Origin: an uncultured delta proteobacterium
GTDB taxonomy: Bacteria > Desulfobacterota > WTBG01 > CAIYCZ01 > CAIRTM01
Length of the DNA: 64,000 nt
Reading direction: 5' to 3'
Assembly (NCBI GenBank): GCA_963804955.1
Contig: CAWDSQ010000032.1
Location: forward strand, 1 to 64,000
How positions within the stretch are numbered: position 1 is the first letter of the stretch; every line of letters starts with the position of its first letter. The translations under genes and the position numbers were made by a program. The notes under the pieces were generated by a model. The model ran no database searches and was not told where the DNA came from. It worked only from the letters and a program-made list of their open reading frames with translations. This document shows, one piece after another, positions 10,382-19,146 of this stretch.

Positions 10382-11023
10382 CTATTGTTTACCGTAGGTT
10401 TTAAATTTATCAATAATAACAGCCATCTCCTCTGAGCTCAAAACCAGCGGCTGCCCCATGGTCCGGCAGCGGCAGTATATTTCAGCGCAGAATTCAATTG
10501 ATTCAGCAATCTGAAACGCTTCCTGTATGGTCGCACCGCCTGCGATGAGGCCATGATTGGCAAGCAGCACGGCTTTGCGGCCCTCCATATAATCAAGGGC
10601 ATGACGGGCAAGAGCTTCAGTGCCAAATGTCGCATACGGCGCGCAGCGCACGCTGCTGCCGGCAAAACCGATAAGATAATGCACAGCCGGCAGCTCAAGG
10701 CCGAGGCAGGCAAGAGTCGTGGCATGCGCGGAATGCGTATGCACCACGGCGCTGATATCTTCACGGCTTTGATAAAAAATAAGATGAAACGGCAGTTCGC
10801 TCGATGGCTTACGGCTGCCGTCCACAACCTGGCCCGAACGGTCAACAACCGGTACATCTTCAGGGTTTGTCTCAAAATAGTCAAGCCCGCTGGGGCTGAT
10901 GGCGGCAAGACCGCTTTCACGGTTGCAGATACTCAGATTTCCGCATGTGCCCCGGGTAAGGCCGCTGGTAATAAGCCGCTTCCCGTATTCAACTATCAGC
11001 TGCCGTTCCTGCTCTAGAAGCAT
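10382..11023 (-). CDS. class II aldolase (L-fuculose-1-phosphate aldolase-like)
   Basis: GNLS, PSG, PSSE..FH, VVHTHS, LLANHG zinc ligands; RBS AGGAGG. Confidence 0.9.
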   Translation of the reverse strand: MLLEQERQLIVEYGKRLITSGLTRGTCGNLSICNRESGLAAISPSGLDYFETNPEDVPVVDRSGQVVDGSRKPSSELPFHLIFYQSREDISAVVHTHSAHATTLACLGLELPAVHYLIGFAGSSVRCAPYATFGTEALARHALDYMEGRKAVLLANHGLIAGGATIQEAFQIAESIEFCAEIYCRCRTMGQPLVLSSEEMAVIIDKFKTYGKQ

Positions 11024-11114
11024 ATATCCTCCTGCTGTACAGAACAATCAGAGTTGCGAATTTTATAGGACAAGATGCCAGAGGTGTCAATTTGATAATT
11101 TGCCGGATAGCCTG

Positions 11115-11151
11115 AAAAAAACGGCGGCACATCAAGCAGAAGTGCCGCCGT
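11115..11151 (-). terminator. intrinsic terminator of the iron-sulfur flavoprotein gene
   Basis: ACGGCGGCAC/GTGCCGCCGT stem followed by a T-run on the minus strand. Confidence 0.75.
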
Positions 11152-11179
11152 CACATACAGGTCCGAACGACCGGTCTGT

Positions 11180-11758
11180 TTATTTTGCGTGCAGCTTCTT
11201 CAGCAGCCAGGCCATGTTGCTGCCCAGGGTCTTAAACGTGGTTATTCCCTCTTCATCCTTTTGTATATCTCCCGGCGCGCGGCCTATGCCCACATTCCAG
11301 TAATCCGAGCCGGGAATGATCATCTGCTGGATGAGAAAGAAAAAATTAATGGCCGAAAAAGCAAATGTTGCCCCTGCCCTGCGCATGACCACAACAGGCG
11401 CGCCGACTTTTTTCTGCAGCATATTGTCGTTTGCGCGGGCCACAAGCCCTGTCCTGTCGATAAATGCCTTCACATCAGCAGTCACATTGCTGAAATATAC
11501 GGGCGAGCCGATAATAATGCCGTCGGCATCGCGCATTTTCCGCACATACCCGTTCAGAGGGTCGCTCGTGATGGCGCATGTGCCGTCTTTCCTCTCCATG
11601 CATTTGTAGCAGGCTATACAACCTTTAAGCCCCTGTGCTGCTATGTGTATCAGCTCCGTTTCAATATTGTTATCCCGCAGTTCCTCCAGAACCACTTCGA
11701 GCGCCTGCGCCGTATTACCCTCCTTGCGGGGGCTGCCGTTAAATGCCACAACTTTCAT
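11180..11758 (-). CDS. iron-sulfur flavoprotein (Isf; NADPH-dependent FMN reductase fold)
   Basis: GSPRKEGNT, CIACYKC-x7-C, GSPVYF, KAFIDR. Confidence 0.9.
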   Translation of the reverse strand: MKVVAFNGSPRKEGNTAQALEVVLEELRDNNIETELIHIAAQGLKGCIACYKCMERKDGTCAITSDPLNGYVRKMRDADGIIIGSPVYFSNVTADVKAFIDRTGLVARANDNMLQKKVGAPVVVMRRAGATFAFSAINFFFLIQQMIIPGSDYWNVGIGRAPGDIQKDEEGITTFKTLGSNMAWLLKKLHAK

Positions 11759-12360
11759 ATTTCCTCCTTGTATCGATACATAAAGTGTTTGGGTTCATGT
11801 TTAAATCATCCATACTGAGAAAATAGACAGAAACGCCGGCACTTGCAAATAAAAAATGCATCCGCGATTACCGGGCCAGCCTGCGCAGCTCCGGCGCCAG
11901 AAATCCTTTAATCAAATAGTAAAAGGCGATCATATGGCAATATCTTATATCTAACGGTGAAGACCGCACAACAGGCCATAGGGCACCAGTAGCCGACAAG
12001 CATAGATACACTGCAGTGGCGTGATCAGCAATGGTCGATGCCAAGTGACTCCGAGCCATCGCTATGGTCAAACATGCTCTGCGATGCGCAAAAATCTTGA
12101 CTTGGGTCATAAAAAACTGTATCAATTCATTGTATGCGCTGCACAGAGCGCGTGTATATTTTTGAAAGAGTTCGGCTATAAAAATGCCAAACTGCACTTG
12201 ATATTGAACCACTTTGAAGCATTTGATGTTTTGAGAGCAGCAACCATTTTCAAATGGAATTCAACCATAGGTGTTTCCATTTCTATCGGGCGGTTCGGCT
12301 AAACATATGATGATTTTGTTAAACTGCCAAACAACCTATCACACTAAGGAGGCTACAATC

Positions 12361-13005
12361 ATGAAAAAAAGAGTTTTACTGGCATGTATCGGCATTATGT
12401 GCGGAGCGCTGCTGTGCAGCCCTGCCACAGGTCATGCCAAACGGGGTTTGCCGGATTATGTAGTCGAAAAATCATATGGCGACAATAATACCGGCGACAG
12501 TGTTCTTTTCGTAGTTGCAACCTATTATGGGTCCACCTACAGGATTGCCGAAGTCATTGCCGAGGTGCTGAGCGCCGAGGGGTTCAAAGTCGATATAAAA
12601 CTTGCCGACAATATCATGGGTGATATTTCCGAATATGATGCCGTGATTCTCGGAAGTAATATCTATATTGAAGACTGGAATGATGATGCCCTTGTGTTTC
12701 TTGATGAGTATAAGACTGAGCTTGCTGCCAAAAAGGTTGCCTACTATTGCGTATGTGCAATTCTGGGCATGGATATGGGTGGCAAGGAAGAGGAGTATGC
12801 AGCTAATTATATCAAGAAGATAGCTGACGGCTATCCCGAAATCGTCCCGGTTGCTGATGCTGCATTTGCTGGAGCTGTCGATTACAAGACTTTGAAATTT
12901 AAAGACTGGTGGCTGCTGCGTCTCATGTTTATGAAGCAGGGCAACTGGACCGACTATGCAGGGGTGGTATCCTGGGCTTATGATCTCAGCGACATGCTGC
13001 AATAA
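12361..13005 (+). CDS. HemG-like long-chain flavodoxin with N-terminal signal peptide
   Basis: RBS TAAGGAGG; MKKR-hydrophobic-GHA; ATYYGSTYRIAE, YDAVILGS, FAGAVD, GNWTD. Confidence 0.8.
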   Translation: MKKRVLLACIGIMCGALLCSPATGHAKRGLPDYVVEKSYGDNNTGDSVLFVVATYYGSTYRIAEVIAEVLSAEGFKVDIKLADNIMGDISEYDAVILGSNIYIEDWNDDALVFLDEYKTELAAKKVAYYCVCAILGMDMGGKEEEYAANYIKKIADGYPEIVPVADAAFAGAVDYKTLKFKDWWLLRLMFMKQGNWTDYAGVVSWAYDLSDMLQ

Positions 13006-13015
13006 AATGATTTAG

Positions 13016-13050
13016 AAAAAGCGGGGACAGAAATGCCCCCGCTTTTTTTT
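13016..13050. terminator. bidirectional intrinsic terminator
   Basis: AAAAAGCGGGG...CCCCGCTTTTTTTT between converging genes. Confidence 0.8.
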
Positions 13051-13085
13051 CATTGCAAAACGTATATTCATAGAAATATGCCTGC

Positions 13086-13669
13086 TTACTTCTTTCGCAA
13101 AGCATCTCCCAGCTTCTTGCCGGCAGTTTCAGCGCGCTTCATGACCTCGGGCATGTCATCAACATCACTCATGCCGATAGCTTCAAAAACTTTCTCGACA
13201 AGGTTCAGTCTATGTGAACTGCCCATGCACAGAGCCAGCTCATCTATTGCTTTTTCATGGCCTGCACCGGCAACCGTTGTTACAACTACGCCGTACTTGC
13301 CGGCAAGGGGCCGCTGTCCCATAAAGGGCATATCCGGATCATACAAGGGGCCGATGCCCCGGTAGAAAAGAGCCAGGCTCCTGTCGATAAAACACTTAAC
13401 AGCCCCGGAAATGTTCATAAAGTACGTGGGAGAACCGACAATAATCCCGTCGGCTTCAAGCAGTTTATCGTAGAGGCCCTGCATACCATCATCTATGGGG
13501 CATATCCCCTCATTCATCATGCATTCAAAGCTCCCCGTGCAGGACTTTACTTCAAGTGTGCCGAATCCGCAATTTCATCATCAAAACCGGTTGCTTCAGG
13601 AACTTTTTTAACCAGCTTATTGGTATTGCTGTCCTGCCGCATTCGGCCGCAGATCGCCAGTATTTTCAT
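13086..13669 (-). pseudogene. second Isf-like flavoprotein, frameshifted and with an altered Cys motif
   Basis: MKILAICG..SNT start at 13669, shift near 13563, CTGSFEC in place of CxxCxxC, GSPTYF, KCFIDR; may be an intact gene with sequencing errors. Confidence 0.55.
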
Positions 13670-13744
13670 AACGCACGCCTTCTGATTGAATAGGTTTATG
13701 ATCTTCGTCTTTTGTTGATGGGCTGTCTACTGCCTGAGTGCGTT

Positions 13745-14130
13745 GCAGTTTGCAGGGTGCGCACTGCCCTCAACATTGTACTGCCATACATAACCCGGGA
13801 CGCACCGCCCCCAGCTTCCGCTCATCCCATGATCAGAAGGGAACAATAAGGAACAAGATGATGAAACGACAAGGTACAAAATTTTAAACACCCCAAAAAG
13901 CAGTAAAAAATGACGTTATACGTCTCCCGAGCAATGGGGAAAAATCGCTTTTTTGTCCGATACAGCATGTCAGGGGCGAGCATAAACAGCAAGGCCCAGA
14001 CAAGCAGAATGCCTCCGTTTATGATCGTGCACCACATGACAAATAATGTGAGCTCCGGGTATAACCATACGGGTTTCCTCCCCGTTAAAGTCCGGCTGCA
14101 GCAGTTTGCAGGGTACACACAATGCACCAT
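13745..14130 (+). repeat. pair of direct repeats GCAGTTTGCAGGGT (13745-13758, 14101-14114)
   Basis: 14 nt identical, 18/20 when extended; flank the small membrane gene remnant. Confidence 0.55.
13822..14055 (-). pseudogene. small two-TM protein remnant (DUF6868-like)
   Basis: FVMWCTIINGGILLVW...VPY..LLIMG; no start codon or RBS at the expected position. Confidence 0.5.
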
Positions 14131-14330
14131 TTATAATACCAGATCATTATCCGGAACACTATACGCACCTTGCGGCTTGAGAGGACCAGCGGAGAATGGC
14201 AGCAGTTTGTTTGGGTCCGTTTGACTAGGGTCTATTAAAATTTCAGCAAGCAGTGCGGTCACAATCGATTGAACGCTGCAAAACAGAAAAAACTGAACGA
14301 TCACCAGACACACGCTGACGGCGCTTCCAG

Positions 14331-15028
14331 CTAATAGCCGGTACAATACTGGAAATGCATGGGCTCCCTGTTCGCACCTTTCAAATGACCGCCCCAGGTA
14401 AAACCGAATTCCTGCAGCAGCAGAACAAGTTGATCGGAAAAGCAGCCCTTTGTTCCAAGAATATTTATTTCAGGATTCACATCAAAGGATATGCCCCAGC
14501 AGTGCGTCGACAGCTTGCCGCATGACCGTTTGCTGCGGAAATTATAAAAATCACCAAGGGTAATAATTTCCCCGGCAAATCCCTTGCTGCTTAACAGCAT
14601 AGAAAACCTCTCCGATAATACCTGCTATTTTTTTATGGCAGCGCACGATGCGAATCCTCTGTGCATAATCCCATGATAGCGCCACCGGAAACGGCAGCTG
14701 CACCATGGTCAGCATATCCGCACTCCATGCGTTTTCATCAAAACAGCCTTTCTCATCAACGTACTCATAAATATTGCCGAACATATCCAGCAAGCTGCTG
14801 AGCTCCATGAGGAGACTGCATACCAGCTGAGAGTTTGCCGGCTGAAGCTGCAGCCGTATGCAAGGTTTCACGTGCCGGTATATCAATCGGCTGCCCGATG
14901 ATAATAAAGTCAGGCCGATGCAATCCATTATACTGCCGGAGCTTTTCAGCAAGGCTCGAATTATTGTAAAACTGCTTGGCTATATTCTCAAATGTATCTC
15001 CAGGCTGAACAATATACTGACATAGCAT
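14331..15028 (-). CDS. LysM domain + M15-family zinc peptidase (indel-split)
   Basis: YIVQPGDTFENIAKQFY LysM; YNFR..SxHxWGISFDVN, WGG, EPMHFQ; RBS AGGAG. Confidence 0.8.
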
Positions 15029-15119
15029 AGACAAACTCCTTTTTTGATTATTAAAAATAATAAAATTTTAAACTGAAAGACAAATACCAAATAAATAAAA
15101 GATTTACTATAAGCACAAA

Positions 15120-15153
15120 TACTCATTTTAGTATGAGTACATATACTCATACT
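15120..15153. promoter_or_regulatory. palindromic operator-like site
   Basis: AGTATGAGTA-CATA-TACTCATACT (15130-15153) plus an extra TACTCAT at 15120-15126. Confidence 0.65.
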
Positions 15154-15356
15154 CTTTAAGAAGAAATACTGAATCCTTTTATGGAAACAACTAATGAGTC
15201 AAATTATTTTTATTAAATCGAACTGATCTTTGAATTAATTTAAAAGAATTAAGTTGTAATGAAGTGAAAAAGAAATTATATTTTGTCTATATTTTTAGAC
15301 TTGAGCACTATTCATCGCAACTGATGCAGCAGTGAATTTTTTTTTGTTTAAAAGCA

Positions 15357-16001
15357 TGCAAACATATCGAATCATTCTTGCTGATGATCACACGATTCTT
15401 CGCCAGGGAATTAAACGTCTTGTGGAAGAAATTCCGGGCGTGGAAGTGCTTGCCGAGGCGCAAAACGGCGTCGAGCTGCTTGATCTCATGCACCTGCATA
15501 CGCCCGATCTTGTGATTGCCGATATTACCATGCCGGGCATTGGCGGGATTGATGCGACACGTGAAATCCGCAGGCTGTATCCGGATGTGAAAGTTCTTAT
15601 ACTGACTATGCACAAGCGCATAGAATATCTGCACCATGTGCTTGCCGCAGGCGCTCACGGATACCTGCTGAAAGAGGATTCAAACGATGAGCTGGCGCAG
15701 GCTATCGACTACCATTCGCAAGGGGCGCAGGTATATCACGCAGAGGCTTTCAGCAGATATGTCGGATTACTTCTCGCGGCTTGGAGCCAGTGACGCGGCG
15801 CATCTGCGGGAGCCGATCACCGCGCGCGAGCAGGGAATTTTAAAACTTATTGCCGAAGGCAACTGCAGCAGAGAAATTGCCGACCTTCTCGGCATCAGCG
15901 TGCGCACCGTGCAAAATCACCGGGCCAACATGATGCAGAAGCTCGGCGCAAAAAAAACCGCGGACCTGATCAAGTACGCGGTTGATAAAAGCTATGTATA
16001 A
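15357..16001 (+). CDS. NarL/FixJ-family response regulator (indel near 15710)
   Basis: IILADDH, DITMP, LTMH, GYLLK receiver; TAREQ..LIAEG..IA.LLGISVRTVQNHR LuxR HTH. Confidence 0.92.
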
Positions 16002-16017
16002 ATTTCTGTGACCGTGA

Positions 16018-16809
16018 TCACGAATCCGTCTGTTTGCCCACCAGTTTTTCCGCAATTTCACCGACAATGTTCAGGCACTGGGGATTGCTTTCCCATGCCG
16101 GAATCCGCTGCATGTCTGCCTTGACGAACCCGTCAGTAAACGGCAGAAGCCCTAGAAGATCAAAATCCTTTGCTGCTGTACGAATATACTCTTCATCCTG
16201 AGCGGAACGTATTTTATTGCCGATCACTGATATGTTGCGAAGCCCTATGTCTCTGGCAAGGGCCTGAATTTTAAAGGCTGTGTCAATACTGCGGCTGCCG
16301 GGTTCGACTACAACAATGAGCCGGTCAACAGAGCTGGCTGTGCCGCGGCCCAGATGTTCGATGCCGGCTTCCATGTCCAGAATGACCGCTTCTTTTCTGT
16401 ACACAAGAAGATGAGACATGAGCGCTTTCAGAACAGCGCTTTCCGGGCAAATGCAGCCGCCGCCGCCTTTTTTCACCGTTCCCATCACCATGAGGCGGAC
16501 ACCGTCCTTCTCGCGCCAGATCATTTCCGGCACATCATGAACCTCAGGGTTGATTTTGAAAAATCCGCCCGTGGTCCCCGGCTTGGCCCCGGTCCGCTCT
16601 TCAATGAGATCTTTCATCTCAACCAGCGGCGTGAACACGACGTCCGCAGGGAAACCGAGGGCCGATGCAAGATTTGCATCAGGGTCGGCATCCACTGCCA
16701 GCACGCCGTACCCCCTGTCGGCAAATGCCCTGCACAGCAGTGCAGCAATGGTGGTCTTGCCGACGCCGCCCTTGCCGGTAATGGCCAGCTTTATTGATTG
16801 GTCCGGCAT
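16018..16809 (-). CDS. cooC: CODH/ACS nickel-insertion ATPase (CooC/AcsF)
   Basis: GKGGVGKTT, DADPD, GCICPE, DMEAGIEHLGRG. Confidence 0.92.
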   Translation of the reverse strand: MPDQSIKLAITGKGGVGKTTIAALLCRAFADRGYGVLAVDADPDANLASALGFPADVVFTPLVEMKDLIEERTGAKPGTTGGFFKINPEVHDVPEMIWREKDGVRLMVMGTVKKGGGGCICPESAVLKALMSHLLVYRKEAVILDMEAGIEHLGRGTASSVDRLIVVVEPGSRSIDTAFKIQALARDIGLRNISVIGNKIRSAQDEEYIRTAAKDFDLLGLLPFTDGFVKADMQRIPAWESNPQCLNIVGEIAEKLVGKQTDS

Positions 16810-16819
16810 AGTAGAGCGC

Positions 16820-17708
16820 TTACTGTTCAAGCCATGAAATTGAGAAAAGCGTCTTGCCCATGAGCACATTCACGGACTTTGCATACTGCTTGCCCTGCTC
16901 GGACAGCGATGCCATATCGACAGTCTCTCCGGCCATCAGCTTTGCCACAAGCTCATGCAGCTCGGGCATTTCTCCTTTTGCCAGCGCCATGATCTCCTTG
17001 TCGAAGGAATCGACGATGGACGAGTACAGGCCCTGCTTTTCCAGCATGAGCAGGTACGGGCGATTCAGGAAAGGCCTGAGATGATCAGGCGCGCCGTTTG
17101 AAACATTTGAAAGCCCGACGGTTGATTTGCAGCCCGGGGCTATATCCTGAAGCATGCCCAGAAACTCAGTGCAGGCAAGGACCTGGTTTATTTCGCCGCT
17201 GATCGGCGTAACGATTGGGTCGATAAAAATATCCTCGTTCGGAATCCCCTTTTCATTGGCTTTATAGATGATGTCAACGGCAAGTGCTGCGCGTTCGTTA
17301 ACGTCGCGGGGCATGCCGTCATTGCCCCAGAGAAGCCCGACCATCAGGGCGTTGTACTTTTTTACCACATCCAGGCCCGCATCAATCCGGTCTGTCTGGC
17401 ATGAGACGGAATTGACAATGGGCCTGCCGCCCTTCTTGTGCGCTTTCAGCCCGGCCTCCATGGCCTCGAGATTTGTCGTATCCAGCGACAGCGGAAGCAT
17501 CGACCACCTCGTGAATGGTCTTCACAAGCCACTCCATCATCTCTGCACCGCCCTTGCGGGCAGGGCCTATATTGACATCAAGAAAGTCTGCTCCGGCAGC
17601 AGCTTCGGCAACTGCCATTTCCTGTATGGGCTTGGCATTGCGCTCCTTCATGGCCGGCCCGATGGTTTTAGACATTATGTTGATGCTTTCAGCGATTGTA
17701 ATGACCAT
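16820..17708 (-). CDS. acsE: methyltetrahydrofolate:corrinoid Fe-S protein methyltransferase (indel near 17500)
   Basis: IAESINIMS, DVNIGP, LSLDTTN, IDP, GLSNVSNG; operon position. Confidence 0.9.
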
Positions 17709-17751
17709 GATACCGTACTCCTTATAGGGGTTATCTTTATAGTGTGTGCTA

Positions 17752-19101
17752 TTATGCCCGGACGAGATTCTTCAAAAAAGGCGCGATGTGGGCGCCTTCG
17801 CGGGGGCCGATCTGAACTTCCCAGTCCGGCAGCTCTTCGTCAAGATCTCCGCTGATAGTGGCTACGGCTCCAGGAATTATAATTTTGCGGTGATTGACCT
17901 TCTCGGCAATTCCGCACTTTTTCACAAAAGGCGCAATGGCATCAGCAACAAACTTGCCGGCTGCCCAGGCAGTAAGAACGGAAAGGCCCTCCGCGTCCTT
18001 GATCAAGAGCCAGCAGGGCACCCTGCTCGACTCGATTTCGCCGGAAACAATAAAATACGTGAGGGAGAAGTTGCTGGTAATAAGCACAGGCGAATTGGCA
18101 TCAGGGTTGTTAATCTCATAGATGCCTTCGGTTGTCGCCATGGGCCGCTGCGGGTCGGTGTATATGTTCATTCGCTGGACGGCAAGGGGAAAAAGATTAT
18201 GGCCATCGATCTCGGATAGAACGATGATGCCGCCGTATTTCGGCACAAAGGCGGATGCAAAGATCGTCTCCTGCATCGGGTCCTGCGTCATCTCGCAGGG
18301 AAATACGATCGTCGGGAACCCCAGCGGCCTGAACTTACCGGTAAGCGCTGTGCGCCGGATGGCAACATGGTCGCTGAAAGCCTGGTTGAGCGTACGCGCG
18401 CCCGTGTCTATGACAATGTCTTTCAGCTTCAAAGCCGTAAGCTTTACAGTCAGGTCAGCGACTTCATCAAGATTTTTCCCTCTGACGGCCAGGGGGCAGT
18501 TGTTGTCGAGAGCGAGTTTGCCGAGCTCTTCAACAGTATCCGGCGTGGCAAAGCAGATCAGCGGCCTGAGCGAGGCCGCCGCCTTGACAGCATCGATAAG
18601 CACGTCTTTTTTGTCGCTCATCAGCGCCAGGGTCGTGAGTCCCATCCCCTTGGCTTTTTCAATGAGCTTGATCAATTTTGCAGAGTCGCCTGTCGTGTCC
18701 TTGAGCACCAGGATATCGGCCTTCAGAACCAGTCCGACGCGGTCATAGGCAAGCGCTTTGAACTTTTTCAGCTTGGCATCAACTTCGCTTTCATCCATGG
18801 CATCGGTGATTAAAAGGCCGATGCCGGGCTTATTGACAAATGTCTTTTCATGTCTGAAAATGACCGTTTCCCCGCCGACTTTGAGCGCTGTTTCACCCGT
18901 ACCGATCACGACGGGTCGGATCGGAGGCGCTGAGGCTTCCTCAAGCTTTTCCCGTGCCTCGGCCGAAACATACGGGCAGGCGTCAAGTTCAGCCTGGCCG
19001 GCGGCGAGCTTCATCGCAAATGCCATGCAGGTCGGGACACCGCACTCCTGGCAGTTCGTTTTGGGGAGCATTTTAAATATTTCAATACCGGTAAGTGCCA
19101 T
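17752..19101 (-). CDS. acsC: corrinoid Fe-S protein large subunit
   Basis: LPKTNCQECGVPTCMAFA, YTDPQRP, NFSLTYF, GLSVLTAWAAGKF. Confidence 0.96.
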   Translation of the reverse strand: MALTGIEIFKMLPKTNCQECGVPTCMAFAMKLAAGQAELDACPYVSAEAREKLEEASAPPIRPVVIGTGETALKVGGETVIFRHEKTFVNKPGIGLLITDAMDESEVDAKLKKFKALAYDRVGLVLKADILVLKDTTGDSAKLIKLIEKAKGMGLTTLALMSDKKDVLIDAVKAAASLRPLICFATPDTVEELGKLALDNNCPLAVRGKNLDEVADLTVKLTALKLKDIVIDTGARTLNQAFSDHVAIRRTALTGKFRPLGFPTIVFPCEMTQDPMQETIFASAFVPKYGGIIVLSEIDGHNLFPLAVQRMNIYTDPQRPMATTEGIYEINNPDANSPVLITSNFSLTYFIVSGEIESSRVPCWLLIKDAEGLSVLTAWAAGKFVADAIAPFVKKCGIAEKVNHRKIIIPGAVATISGDLDEELPDWEVQIGPREGAHIAPFLKNLVRA

Positions 19102-19146
19102 ATAAAATTACCTCCTGAATGTCTATGCTGTTAGTGTGTGCATCTG

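Noticed and set aside
11868..12302. ORFs of 93-114 aa between the Isf and flavodoxin genes
   Set aside because: No RBS or recognisable domain; overlap the likely promoter and leader
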